DNA of 64,000 bases from Pristiophorus japonicus. Taxonomy: Eukaryota. Positions within the stretch are counted from its first letter, which is position 1, and each line of letters starts with the position of its first letter. The stretch lies in the NCBI RefSeq assembly GCF_044704955.1, contig NC_091980.1, positions 128,216,001-128,280,000 on the forward strand. Reading direction: 5' to 3'. Shown here in pieces: positions 11,162 through 25,775 of the stretch. The translations under genes were made by a program, and so were the position numbers. The notes under the pieces were generated by a model that was not told the origin of the DNA, did no database searches, and worked only from the letters and a program-made list of their open reading frames with translations.

Positions 11162-11598
11162 CACGGCCAAGGGTGCCATCAGCCGGTCCAGGCAGCGGGC
11201 GGTCGAGGGGGTCGTTCAAGCTGACTGCCTGCCTCTCTTCCGCTCTTACATCCGGTCCAGGGTGTCCTTGGAGATGGAGCACGCGGTGTCCACCGGTACG
11301 CTCGCGGCCTTCCGCGAGAGGTGGGCACCGGAGGGACTGGAGTGCATCATCACGCCCGGAAACCAAATTTTAATTTGATTTTACGTTTTAAAGTTTAATT
11401 TGTTTTAATTGCCGGTGCTTTTAGTGTCCCCTCCCCTTTTATAGGGGGCACTGGAAAAAATTGGATTTTAGCGCCCCAAAAAAAAAAACCCTCAAAAAAA
11501 AGGAAAAAAAGAAAGGGGCCTTGAAAATGTCTGCTGTGTCACCCAGGCGGGTGGCACGGTTTAATGTTTATGTTATTTTCAGGTAAACTCAAAAGAGT
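11162..11598 (+). mobile_element. 5'-truncated Tx1/L1-type LINE, young, in the copy 1 upstream region
   Basis: ORF2 C-terminus AKGAISRSRQRAVEG...LFRSYIRSRVSLEMEH...FRERWAP; 14-bp TSD TTCAGAATCACAGG (11148-11161, 11599-11612); empty site in copies 2-4. Confidence 0.85.
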
Positions 11599-11659
11599 TT
11601 CAGAATCACAGGTTCAGAGTTGGATCCTCTACTCTTTAGACCAATCAATTGGGAAAAAC

Positions 11660-11945
11660 TTAAACTACAAGTACCCCCTTTATAAAGCAGAATAAGCAAT
11701 AAATTTAAATATGACAAAACTAACATAAGCACTTTTCCAAATTATAATTTAGTTCCCTGTATCCACACTGCACTCCGGTCCCTCTGGCCCATCAGTCACA
11801 GAAAGCCTCAAGCATACCGAGAGACACCGCGTGCTCCCTCTCCAGGGACACCCGGGCACGGACATAGCCGCAGAAGAGAGGCAGGCAGACGGAGAGAACA
11901 CCCCATCGACCGTGCTCTGTCTGGACCAGTTAATGGCCACCTTGA
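11660..11945 (-). mobile_element. Older Tx1-type LINE 3' fragment (paralog ~47450-47718)
   Basis: Same C-terminal motif as 11162-11598 on the opposite strand, frameshifted; shared by copies 1 and 3. Confidence 0.7.
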
Positions 11946-12084
11946 AAGGTTCATTGAACCCTCTGTTGTTTGCGAGTCAGTGTCTTTTTAATAGTTCTGG
12001 ATGGTTCAGTGTGTGTATGAGGATCACCATCGTTCATTGGGTTGGTCATGTGCAAGTATCTGTGGGTTTGATGTAACATCTAAA

Positions 12085-15000
12085 CATAGTGGTTATGTTA
12101 CAGGACTAGTAATCCAGAGGCCTGGACTAATGATCCAGAGACATGAGTAAAAGTCCCACCATGGCAGCTGTGGAATTTAAATTCAGTTAATTAAATAAAA
12201 ATCCGTGATAAAAAGCAGTAATAAAATCCGTAATGTTGAGCTATCGGATTGTCATAAAATCCCATCTGGTTCACTGATGTCCTTTAGGGAAAGAAATCTG
12301 CCGTCCTTACCTGGTCTGGCCTATATATGACTCCAAACCCACAGCAACGTGGTTGACTATTAATTGCCCTCCGAAATGGCGTAGCAAGCCACTCAGTTTT
12401 AACAAACCGCTGTGATAAACAATAATAAGAATAAAACAGGACAAGCCACCCGGCATCCACATCGACATACCCAGCCCAGTCGACCCTGCAAATTTCTCTG
12501 CACTAACCTCTGGGGAATTGTGCCAAAATTGGGAGAGGAGTCCCACAGACTAGTCAAGCAACAACCTGACATAGTCATACTCACAAAATCATACCTTTCA
12601 CCAATGTCCCAGATTCCTCCATCACCATCCCTGGGTATGTCCTGTCCTACCGGTAGGACAGACTCACCAGAGGTGTCGGCACAGTGGTACACAATCAAGA
12701 AGGAGTGGCCCTAGGAGTCCTCAACATTGGCTCTGGATGGCATGAAGTCTCATGTGTTCAGGTCAAGCATGGGCATAGCTGAGAGACATAGCTCCCAGAT
12801 TGGGCCTGCGACAGGTGGTGAGAGAACCAACAGAAGGGAAAAACCTATTTGACGTCGTGCTCACCAATCTACCTTTCGCAGATGCATCTGTCCATTACAG
12901 TATTGGTAACGGTCCAGACAGATAGTACTTGTGGAGAAGAAGTTCCATCTTCACACTGAGGACACCCCCCCATCATTCTGTGCGGCACTACCATCGTGCT
13001 AAATGCGATAAATTCAGAATAGATCTAGCGGCTCAAAATCCATGAGGCACCGTGGGTCATCAGCAGCCGCAGAATTGTATTGCACCGCAATCTGTAACAT
13101 AATGGCCCGGCCTATCGTTCACTCATTACCATCAAGCCAATGGACCTAAGGTGATTCAAGGAGGAGTGCAGAAGAGAATGCCAGGAACAGCACAAGTTAT
13201 ACCTAAATAGAGGTGCCAACCTGGGGAAGCTGCAACACAGGACTGCATGCTAAACAACAGAAGCAGCATCCTATAGACAGAGCTAAGCAATCCCACAATC
13301 AACAGATCAGAGCAAAGTTCTGCAGTCCTGCCACATCCAGTCGTGAATAGTGGTGGACCATTAAACAACTAACGGGCGGAGGAGGCTCCATGAATATCCC
13401 TGTCCTCAATGATGGCGGAGCCCAGCTCGTCAGTGCAAAAGACACGGCTGAAGTGTTTGCAACCATCTTCAGTCAGAATTGCCTCATGGATGATTCATCT
13501 CAGCCTCCTCCTACAGTCCCCAACATCACAGAAGCCAGTCTTTAGCCAATTCAAGTCGCATCACTTGATATCCAGAAACGGCTGAGTGCACTGGATATAG
13601 AAAATACTATGGGCTCCGACAACGTTCCGGTTGTCGTGCTGAAGACTTGTGCTCCAGAACTAACCTTGCCTCTTGCCATGCTGTTCCACTACAGCTACAA
13701 CACTGACATCCACCCGACAAAGTGGAAACTGCCCAGGTATGTCCTGTCCACAAAAATCAGAACAAAGCAAATCTGGCCAATTACCGTCCCAATCATCAGC
13801 AAAGTGATGCAAGGTGTCATAGACTGTGCTAACAAGTGCGACTTACTCTCTAATAACCCACTCACAGATGTTCAGTTTGTGTTCGGCCAGGAATACTCAT
13901 CTGCAGAACTCATTACAGCTTTGGTTCAAACATGGACAAAAGAGCAGAATTCCAGGTGAGGTGAGAGTGAGTGTCCTTGACATCAAGACAGCATTTGACC
14001 ATGTTTGGCATCAAAGAGCCCTGGTAAAATTGAAGTCAATGGGAATCAGGGGGAAAACTCTCCACAGGCTGGAGTCATATCTAGCTGCACGGAAGATGGT
14101 TGTGGTTGTTGGAGGTCAATTATCTCAGCCACAAGACATCGCTTCAGGTGTTCCACAGGGCAGTGTGCTAGGCCCAACCAGCTTCAACTGCTTCATTAAT
14201 GAATATTCCTCCTTCATAAGGTCAGAAGTGGGATGTTTGCTGATGATTGCATAGTATTCAGTTCCATTTCCAACTCCTCAGAAAATGAAGCAGTCCATGG
14301 AAATGCAGCAAGACCTGGATGACATTCAGTGTGGGGCTGATGAGTGTAAAGTATCATTTGCGTCACACAAGGTTCAGGCAATGACTATCTCCAACAAGCG
14401 AGAGTCTAACCGCCTGCCCTTAACATTGAAGAGCATTACAATTACAGAATCGCACATCATCAATACCTGGGAATCACCATTGTCCAGAAACTTAACTGGA
14501 CCAGTCATATAAATACTGTCGTAACAAGAGCGGATCAGAGGCTGGGAATTCTACGGCGTGTCTCACCTTCTGACTCTCCAAAGCCTTTCCACCATCTACA
14601 AGGCACAAGTCAAGAATGTGATGGAATACTCTCCAATTACCTGGATGAGTATAGCTCCTACAAAACTCAAAAAGCGCGACACCATCCATGACAAAGTCGC
14701 CCACTTGACTGTTACCTCATCCACCTCATTCAACATTGACTGCCTCCACCATCAGCGTATCATGGCTGCAGTGTGTACCATCTACAAGATGCACTGCAGC
14801 AACTCGCCAAGGTTTCTTCAGCAGCACCTGCCAACCCGTGAGCTCTAGTAACTAGAAGGACAAGGGCAGCAGGCACATGGGAACACCGTGTTCCCATCCA
14901 AGTTACACACCATCCTGACTTGGAAATGTAACGCCATTCCTTCATCGTCGCTGGGACAAAATCATGGAACTCCCTCCCTAACAGCACTGTAGGAGTATCT

Positions 15001-15122
15001 TCACCACAAGAACTGCAGTGGTTCAAGAAGGCAGCTCACCACAACCTTCTCAAGGGCAATTAGCGATGTGCAACAAATGCTGGCTTTGCCAGTGGCGCCC
15101 ACATTCCGCAATGAATAAAAAA
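12085..15122 (+). mobile_element. CR1/L2-group LINE with a tRNA-like 5' head, near full length, decayed
   Basis: APE endonuclease start (TNLWGIVPKLGE...QQPDIVILTKSYL), RT LDIKTAFDHVWH...GVPQGSVLGP...FADD, 3' end ...CCCACATTCCGCAATGAATAAAAAA. Confidence 0.85.
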
Positions 15123-15624
15123 GACATTAACATGGAAAGACTAAAGGAGACAATTTAATTGCACCCAGTGCAGTTCTCAGAAAAGTCCTTAATTAACTTG
15201 TAAACACTGGATTATTGCAGCTCCAGCATCAACAACATTTGAATCCATTCATGGACGAGAAGGGGATAAATGGAGATCCAGTAGGATTTGGAAAGGATGC
15301 TGGCTATTTGATATGAAATGCACAACAGGTTGAAATATAAATGGATACATTTATGGTGGAGCTGCTGGTATTGGGTTATAAATTGATGCAACAGGCATGG
15401 GTGGGGCCAACAGAGGGAAGAGTTTCAGAGAAGTATCTACTTAACTTGGGTGTTTTCCTTTATGCATTCAATGCATTTAATCCTTGCCCAATTCCTTATT
15501 CATGTGGCAGCCTAGTCAGGGACTGTTGGCAGATTAATCAGCCATGAGTTGGGGTGGGAGGGGTCCCAGCCCAAAGCCCAATAGCGTACCTATGTGGGGT
15601 AAGGTAGAATAGTGGTGATGCTAA

Positions 15625-17310
15625 TGGATAAATAGGTAGGATAAATATAAAAGCGAATTATTATTTAAATGGGGAGGCATTACAAAATGCTGCGGTATAG
15701 AGGGATCTGGGGGTCCTTGTACATGAAACTCAAAAAGTTAGTATGCAGGTACAGCATTTAAATAGGAAAGCAAATGAAATGTTGTCCTTGATTTCAAAGG
15801 GCACGGTGTATAAAAGTAAGCAAGTCCTGCTACAACTGTACAGGACGTTGGTGAGACCACACCTGGAGTACTACATACAGCTTTGGTCTCCTTATTTAAG
15901 GAGGGATATACTTGAAATGGAGGCAGTTCAGAGAAGGTTCATAAGGTCGATTCCTGAGATGAAGATGTTGTCATATGGAGAAAGGATAAGCAGGTTGGAC
16001 TCATTGGAGTTTAAAAGATTGAAAGGTGATCTTATTGAAACGAATAAGATTCTGAGGTGTCTTGACAGGGTCGATTGAGAGAGGATATTTCCCCTCGTGG
16101 GGGAATCTAGACCTAGGGGGCATAGATTCAGAATAAGGGGATGTCCATTTAAAACAGAAATGAGGAAGAATTTCTTCTCTCAGAGGGTTGTGAATCTTTC
16201 GAATTCGCTCCCCCACAGATCTGTGGAACTGGGTCACTGAATATATGTCATCATCATCATCATAGGCAGTCCCTCCGAATCGCTTGCTTCCACTCTTATA
16301 ATGAGTGATTAGGTGGCTGAGCAGTCCAATATGAGAGCCACAGACTCTGTCACAGGTGGGACAGATAGACATTGAGGGAAGGGGTGGGTGGGACAGGTTT
16401 GCCGCACGCTCTTTCCGCTGCCAGCGCTTGATTTCTGCATGCTTTCGGCGATGAGACTCGAGGTGCTCAGCGCCCTCCCTGATGCAATTCCTCCACTTAG
16501 GGCAGTCTTCGGCCAGGGACTCCCAGGTGTCAGTGGGGATGTCGCACTTTATCAGGGAGGCTTTGAGAGTGTCCTTGTAATGCTTCTACTGCCCATCTTT
16601 GGCTCGTTTGCCGTGAAGGAGTTCCGAGTAGACCACTTGCTTTGGGAGTCTCGTGTCTGGCATGCGAACTATGTGGCCTGTTCAGCGGAGCTGATCAAGT
16701 GTGGTCAGTGCTTCAATGCTGGGGATGTTGCCCTGGTCGAGGATGCTAATGTTGGTGCATCTCTCCTCCCAGGGGATTTGTAGGATCTTGCGGAGACATC
16801 GTCGGTGGTATTTCTCCAGCGACTTGAGGTGTCTACTGTACATGGTCCATGTCTCTGAGCCATACAGGAGGGCGGGTATTACTACAGCCCTGTAGATTAT
16901 GAGCTTGGTGGCAGTTCTGAGGGCCTGGTCTTCAACCACTCTTTTCCTCAGGCTGCTGAAGGCTGCACTGGCACACTGGAGGCGATGTTGGATCTCATCA
17001 TCAATGCCTGCTCTTGTTGATAGGAGGCTCTAAAGATATGCTGTCCTCGCCGCACAGCACTGCCCCCATGTCATCAACATCCACGCCGCAGCCCTGGACA
17101 ATGTGGACCACTTCCCATATTTCGGGAGCCTAAATATATGTAAGGTGGAGATCGACCAATTTCTGAACAATAAGGGAGTCAAGGATTATGGGGAGAGGGC
17201 AGGGAAGTGGAGCTGAGGCCATGATTAGATCAGCCATGATCTTATTGAAAGGCGGAGCAGACTCGCCAGGCCAAATTACCTACTCCTGTTCTTATTTCAT
17301 ATGTTCTTAT
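15625..17310 (+). mobile_element. CR1 LINE 3' fragment split by an RTE (paralog ~54640-56280)
   Basis: LYRTLVRPHLEY..QLWSPY..RDI..EAVQRRF, RLKGDLIE; tail with TTCTTAT-type repeats. Confidence 0.85.
16249..17130 (-). mobile_element. RTE LINE 3' fragment with an inverted 5' segment (paralog ~55243-56097)
   Basis: (GAT)n tail, TKLIIYRAVVIPALLYGSETW; 17040-17130 is in plus orientation; TSD-like T(G/A)AATATATGT. Confidence 0.85.
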
Positions 17311-17624
17311 ATAAGTAATCCAGGGGCCTGGACTAATGATCCAGAGTCAAAAACGAGGATGACTTGTTTCCTCTCTCAGGGCCGAAGTTTCGGCATCTGG
17401 AGAAAACGGCGCACCTCCGAGACTTACGTGACCTGCCTGGGCTCGAAGGTGCGCCGGAATATTCTGCAGCAATTCTCCGGTCCTCCTGGACTCCTGCGTG
17501 GAGTGGCGCGGTGCAGCGTAGTCTCCCTGAGGAGGAGACTGACTGCAGGGGGGTGCGGGGCTAGGGATCATGCCTTCTTCCCAGTGCTGGCAGCGTTGCG
17601 CAGGTGCACTGGAGCAATAGCTCG

Positions 17625-18935
17625 GGAGAGCGTGGATACCGGGGGGGGGAGGGGGAGAGCGTGGATACCGGGGGGGGCAGGGGGAGAGCGTGGATACCGG
17701 GGGGGGCAGGGGGAGAGCGTGGATACCGGGGGCGGGGGTGTAGGAGAGAGCGTGGATACCGGGGGGGGCAGGGGGAGAGCGTGGATACCGGGGGGGGCAG
17801 GGGGAGAGCGTGGATACCGGGGGGGGCAGGGGGAGAGCGTGGATACCGGGGGGGGCAGGGGGAGAGCGTGGATACCGGGGGGGGCAGGGGGAGAGCGTGG
17901 ATACCGGGGGCGGGGGTGTAGGAGAGAGCGTGGATACCGGGGGGGGCAGGGGGAGAGCGTGGATACCGGGGGCGGGGGTGTAGGAGAGAGCGTGGATACC
18001 AGGGGGGGGGTGGGGTGTGAGCGTGGATACCGGGGGGCGGGGGGAGAGAGCGTGGACACCAGGGGGGGGGAGAATAGAGCGTGGATACTGGGGGGGGGAG
18101 GGATAGAGTGCGGATACCGGGGGGGTGGGGGGAGAGCGTGGATACCAGGGCGGGGGGGGGTGGGGAGGGAGAGAGCATGGATACCGGGGTGGGGGGGGAG
18201 AGTGTGTATACCAGTGGGGGGGAGAGCGTGGATAACGGGGCGGGGGTGGGGGGGGAGAGTGTGTATACCAGTGGGGGGGAGAGCGTGGATAACGGGGCGG
18301 GGGGGGGTGGGGAGGGAGAGAGCATGGATACCGCGGTGGGGGGGGAGAGTGTGTATACCAGTGGGGGGGAGAGCGTGGATAACGGGGCGGGGGTGGGGGG
18401 GGAGAGCGTGGATAACGGGGCGGGGGTGGGGGGGGAGAGTGTGGATACCGGGGAGGCGGGGAGAGCGTGGATACCGGAGTGGGGGAGAGCATAGGGGGAG
18501 GGGGAAAGCATGGATACCGGGCCTGGGGGGGGTGAGAGCGAGGATACCGGGGAGGCGGGGAGTGCGTGGATACTGGGGGGAGGGCGGAGAGTGTGGATAC
18601 TGGGGGGGGAGGGGGCGGAGGGAGAGCGTGGATACCGGGGGGGTGGAGGGGGGAGAGCGTGGATACCTGGGGGGGAGGGGGGGAGAGAGCGTGGATACCG
18701 GGGGGGGGGGGGGGGGGGGGTGGAGAGTGGGGGAGAGCGTGGATACTGTGGCGGGGGGGATGGGAGTGAGCGTGGATACCAGGGAGGGGGTACGTGGATA
18801 CCGAAGGGGTGGTGGGGCGCATGGCAACCGGGGTGGGGAGGGGGGGAGCGTGGCAACCGGGGTGGGGAGGGGGGGAGCGTGGCAACCGGGGTGGGGAGGG
18901 GGGGAGCGTGGCAACCGGGGTGGGGAGGGGGAGAG
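17625..18935 (+). repeat. G-rich minisatellite, ~29-bp unit GGGGGAGAGCGTGGATACCGGGGGGGGCA
   Basis: Dozens of GAGCGTGGATACC cores separated by G runs; variant GAGCGTGGCAACC units at the 3' end. Confidence 0.95.
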
Positions 18936-19069
18936 CGTGACAAGGGATGGAGGAGCGTGGGTCAGGGGGCACTCAATGATTGAAGGGCCGGAGGAGGGAG
19001 CGTGGGTTGGGGGGGCACTCAATGATCGAAGGGCCGGAGGGGAGAGCAGGGGTGCCTCCTTCCAGCCTC

Positions 19070-19800
19070 TCCCCCACACCCCCCCACCCCCCACACACAC
19101 ACACCACCCCCACCCCCAACCCCACACACACTCATCCCCCCCCCCACACACACACACACACACACCCCACACACACATACCCCCTCCCACCCCCACCCCC
19201 ACACACAGACACACACCACCCTTCCCACACACACCCCCACCACTCCCACACATACACACACAGACACACACCACCCTTCCCACACACACCCCCACCACTC
19301 CCACACACACAGACACACACCACCCTTCCCACACACACCCCCACCACTCCCACACATACACACACACAGACACACACCACCCTTCCCACACACACCCCCA
19401 CCACTCCCACACACACAGACACACACCACCCTTCCCACACACACCCCCACCACTCCCACACACACAGACACACACCACCCTTCCCACACACACCCCCACC
19501 ACTCCCACACATACACACACACAGACACACACCACCCTTCCCACACACACCCCCACCACTCCCACACACACAGACACACACCACCCTTCCCACACACACC
19601 CCCACCACTCCCACACACACAGACACACACCACCCTTCCCACACACACCCCCACCACTCCCACACACACAGACACACACCACCCTTCCCACACACACCCC
19701 CACCACTCCCACACACACAGACACACACCACCCTTCCCACACACACCCCCACCACTCCCACACATACACACACAGAGACACACACCACACACACACACTT
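19070..19800 (+). repeat. C/A-rich minisatellite, 49-bp unit (57-bp variants)
   Basis: CAGACACACACCACCCTTCCCACACACACCCCCACCACTCCCACACACA repeated ~11 times. Confidence 0.95.
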
Positions 19801-20419
19801 GCACCCGCACCCCTCACTGTCAGATACAGAGAGAGAGAGACAATACAGAGAGAGACACTGACAGAGACACCTTACCTTCACATAAAGGTAGGACTTCTAT
19901 TTTTTATTGATTGATTACTTATTACTTTGGTCTTGGTGCTTTCGCTGCAGGGTTCCTTCTATTTTTTATTAATTAATTGCTTATTACTTCTTGTGCTTCA
20001 TTTTGTGTTTGGTACCTTAAATGTACTGCTTTGTTTAGTGCTTAGCGCTTTAAATGTACTTTGCTTCTTTAATGTTGTTGTGAAGGTGTTTATGGTGTTT
20101 AATGCTTCCTACCCCCCATCTCTGGCTGTGCCTGCACTAAATTTAACTCGAGGTAATGTTTTTCAGAACTTACAATAGTGGACACTTACTCCATCCTAAG
20201 TTAGTTTGTCGTAACTTTTCACTGTCGAAACTTGCAAAACTGGCCTGAGTGGCTGGACACACCCACTTTTGAAAAAAAAGTACCTTATCTAAAGCCAACC
20301 TAAACTAACTCACTAGAACTGGAGCAAACTAATATCCGAGAATTGCAATTTCTAACATACTCCAAACTAAACTAGTTGCTCCAAAAAACTAGGAGCAACT
20401 CCACCCGAAACTTGGGCCC

Positions 20420-21290
20420 TGAAAGTGAGTTCCCAGGTAGTTGAAGAGACCAATGTGGGAACTATAGTCTCTGTCACAGGTAGGGCGGACAATGGTTGAA
20501 GGAAAGTGGGGCTGGGGAGCCTGGGTTGACACACGCTCTTTCTGCTGTCTGTGCTTGGATTCTGCTTACTCTCAATGATGAGACTCGAGGTGCTCAGCGC
20601 TTTCTTGGATGCTGTTCCTCCACTTTGGGTGGTCTTGGGCCAGGGACTCCCAGGTACCGGTGGGGATGTTGCACTTTATTAAGAAGGCTTTGAAGGTGTC
20701 CTTGAAGCGTTTCCTCTGCCAACTGGAGCTTACCTGCCATGACGAAGCTCCGAGTAGAGCGCTTGCTTTGGGAGTCTCGTGTCAGGCATGCGGACGATGT
20801 GACCCGCCCAACGGAGCTGATCGAGCGTGGTCAGTGCTTAGATGCGGGGCGAAGTTGGCCTCAGCGAGAACACAAACGTTGGTGCGTCTTTGCTCCAAAT
20901 GGATTTGCAGGATCTTGCAGAGGCAGTGCGAGTGGTACTTCTGCAGTGTTTTGAGCTGTTGCCATATAGGAGGTTGGTTATCACTATTGTCCTGTAGATC
21001 ATAAGCTTGGTGCCAGTTTTGAACATTCCGTTCCTCAGGTGATCGAAGGCTGCGCTGGTGCACTGGAGGCAGTGTTAGACCTCATCATTGATGTCTGCCC
21101 TTGCTGACAGTAGGATCCCGAGATATGGAAAATGGCCCATGTTGTCCAAGGCCGCGCCTTGGATTTTGATGACCCGGGACAGTGCTGCGGTCAGGTTGGT
21201 GGAAAGACCTTTGTCTTACAGATGTTTAGTGTAAGGCCTATGCTTTTGTACACCTCTGTGAGGGTGTTGATGCTGGCTTGGAGTTCAGCA
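20420..21290 (-). mobile_element. RTE LINE 3' fragment (paralog ~56325-57240)
   Basis: AELQASINTLTEVYKSIGLTLNICKTK, TKLMIYR; extreme 3' end continues at 17355-17378 on the other side of the TIR element. Confidence 0.85.
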
Positions 21291-22362
21291 TTAACATTTG
21301 AATCCACACAAATGGGTGAAGCAAAGAAATGGAGATCCACTGGGATTTGGACAGGATGATTGCTATTTGGTATGAAATGCACAATGGGAGCAAATACAAC
21401 TGGATACATTGGGTTGATGAATTTGTGTATTTGGCATTGGGGCTCAGGATGGGGCAAATGTTTTTCCAGAGCAGTGTTTAAAATTTTGGGCCTCTTTATT
21501 TGTGCATTTACTCCACCTTCCAGCAGGATTATATTTTGTTGGAGTGTAGTTGCACAGGTATTCCTTCAATACCTTATTTATGTGAGCATAGATTATATTG
21601 GCAAGTTATTCAATCGCAATGGGAGCAGGCAGAAGAGAATCTGTCCCAGAACCACCACACTTGGGTATCCATACTAACCAATGAAGCTATGACAGCAAGC
21701 TAATGCCACCTGTTGCTTTCCTGCTTTACCCAATTACAGTCCCCAGGCTTAAATGCTCTCAGACATGACTGGTGTGTACAGCAGGTGTTGCTCTACCTAC
21801 AAAACTTAATGTCTACAGCAGCAATGGTGAATTTAGTTACTGAACTCCATGCAATAATAAGTCAACAAGATCTACAGCAAACACTGAATACAAACTGCTA
21901 ATTCCAGGGCTTTCCCCCCACCAAAATGGTGAAACTCTGATTTACTGGAAAGTGCTGCTGGTGCTTAACACATTTCACAGCAACTTGAATTTTCATTTAT
22001 GTAAGGGCCCAGAGCATGTTCACTCATGGGAACAGGTATTTTTATTCCACTGCCTAGGTCCCAATCTCTGACATTCCCTCAACCTATTTTAGACAATCCC
22101 TAAAACCTACTTCTAACCATGCTTTGTCCCTCAGTCAGTATCACATGAGGCTGTTAATGATCTGAACACACCCTTCTACATTTTAGATCTTGTGTCTAAA
22201 TAGCAAACTCAATATACCGACATACATCAGAGGTAAATCAATTTGGATAAGACTGAATCCCATAACACTATCACAAAGGGTAGTGTAATTCTGGTTATGT
22301 TAATTGATAGATAAAGCAACCACTCACATACAAGGAGACAAAACCAGTCCATTGTTGAATAG

Positions 22363-22368
22363 TTTATT
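22363..22368 (-). terminator. Polyadenylation signal, ferritin copy 2
   Basis: AATAAA ~115 nt after the stop codon. Confidence 0.75.
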
Positions 22369-22481
22369 TAGTTATGTTACATGTCACATCTTAGCTCATT
22401 GTACAAAGCAGAAGCCATCATTCCCGACAGGATGGGGGTCCTAATTATATAAATACAATAAGCTTGAACCCATCAGTCAGT

Positions 22482-24645
<2,164 letters not shown>

Positions 24646-24663
24646 CAAGATTCTTTTTCACAA

Positions 24664-24692
24664 ATCTAAACTTTGTGGAAGCAACAAACTCC
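24664..24692 (-). promoter_or_regulatory. Degenerate iron-responsive element, copy 2
   Basis: GAGTTTGTTGCTTCCA-CAAAGT-TTAGA about 50 nt 3' of the TATA box. Confidence 0.6.
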
Positions 24693-24717
24693 TGTAAAAA
24701 TTCAACCAACTGCATAT

Positions 24718-24990
24718 GCCTGTATTTATACTGCTGGATAATCCAGGGTGTGGCAGCCTGCAGGATGACTGACAGTCCTCAATAACCAATCAGAAGTTGC
24801 AGCCTCTCAGAGCACCAATCATGTAATGGGAGGAGGGGAGATGGACTCCCAGAGCCAGTCAGATCTTTGAAGAATGAGCATCATTGGCTGACAACTCAAT
24901 GAGGATCTCAATTGTCCTAACTTTCCTCAAACACAGTTCAAATATCCAGAATCACAGGTTAAAATGAATCCTCTATTATTTAGGCTAATC
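24718..24990 (-). promoter_or_regulatory. Ferritin copy 2 promoter (TATAAATA 24723-24730, CCAAT boxes)
   Basis: TATA ~80 nt upstream of ATG; block conserved across copies. Confidence 0.8.
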
Positions 24991-25319
24991 AATTGGGAAA
25001 AACTTAAAACATCAGTGTTCCCTTCCAAACATGACAAGTCAGTGTCTTTTTAATAGTTATGGATTGTTCAGTGGGTTGGTCATTTGCAAGTATCTGCGGG
25101 TTTGATGCAACATCCAAAATGATCGGTGAGTATGCAAAGCAAACAAAAGTGGGTCAGATGAATGCAAATTGCTTGTGATCAATGTGTCAAACACAAATAC
25201 TCAGATACTCCATCACTTACAAGTTTAGCTCAAATGTGGAGAGGACCATGCGATGTTCAGTTCTTGTTTTTTATCATGACATTTTGGAAACAATGAAACA
25301 GACTGCAGTCCAAAAAGAA

Positions 25320-25775
25320 AGACAAGCATTTACATAGCGCCTTTCACAACCTCAGGAAATCCCTGAGAATTTTACAGCCAATAAGTTACTTTTTGAAGTG
25401 CAGTCACTTTTGTAATGTAGGAAATGTGGCCGCCAATTTGCACATGGCAAAACTCCAGAAACAGCAAGGTGAACATGACCACATTATTTGTTTTCAGTGA
25501 CATTGGTTGAGGACTAAAAATTGGCCAGGTCACAGGGGATAACTCCCCTGTTCTTCTTCAAAGTAGTGCTCTGAGATCTTTTATGTCCAACTCAGAGGGC
25601 AGTCAGCACCACGGTTGACCATCGCATCCTAAAGATGACAACTGCGACAGTGCAGCACCCCCTCATTACTGCACTGTAGTGTCAGCCGAGATTCCGTGCT
25701 CACGTCTCTGTCGTGGGGACTTGAACCCACTACCTTCTGACTCAGAGGCGAGAGTGCTACCCACTGAGTTCATCT
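25320..25775 (-). mobile_element. DeuSINE (SacSINE1-like) tRNA-derived SINE
   Basis: Head CTCAGTGGGTAGCACTCTCGCCTCTGAGTCAGAAGG...GGGTTCAAGTCCC, Deu-like GCTGACACTACAGTGCAGTAATGAGGGGGTGCTGCACTGTC, tail AAAGGCGCTATGTAAATGC. Confidence 0.8.

Larger units (their letters stand above)
17379..20419. mobile_element. Non-autonomous TIR element (PIF/Harbinger-like) carrying minisatellites
   Basis: TIR GGGCCGAAGTTTCGG / CCGAAACTTGGGCCC, flanks TCA/TGA, empty site at ~56340 in the paralogous cassette. Confidence 0.75.

Noticed and set aside
17625-19800. Regularly spaced repeats resembling a CRISPR array
   Set aside because: No unique spacers, no cas genes and a vertebrate context; these are tandem minisatellites.
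17188-19914. Very long overlapping ORFs (908, 749, 541, 460 aa) rich in Gly/Pro/His/Thr
   Set aside because: They are stop-free minisatellite sequence open in several frames on both strands inside a TIR element, not genes.
21191-21457. 88-aa ORF joining the unknown segment to RTE sequence as a new chimeric gene
   Set aside because: The frame is not kept across the junction in the paralog (stop at 57260-57262); probably a chance fusion.
24646-24720. Functional canonical IRE
   Set aside because: No CAGUGN loop in the 5' UTR of any copy; reported only as a degenerate remnant.
24740-24900. Nrf2 antioxidant response element in the ferritin promoter
   Set aside because: TGAC half-sites are present, but I could not find a correctly spaced TGACnnnGC conserved across copies.
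25700-25775. tRNA gene (also 12085-12170 and 26410-26500)
   Set aside because: A/B boxes run into SINE/LINE bodies and tails; no complete cloverleaf.
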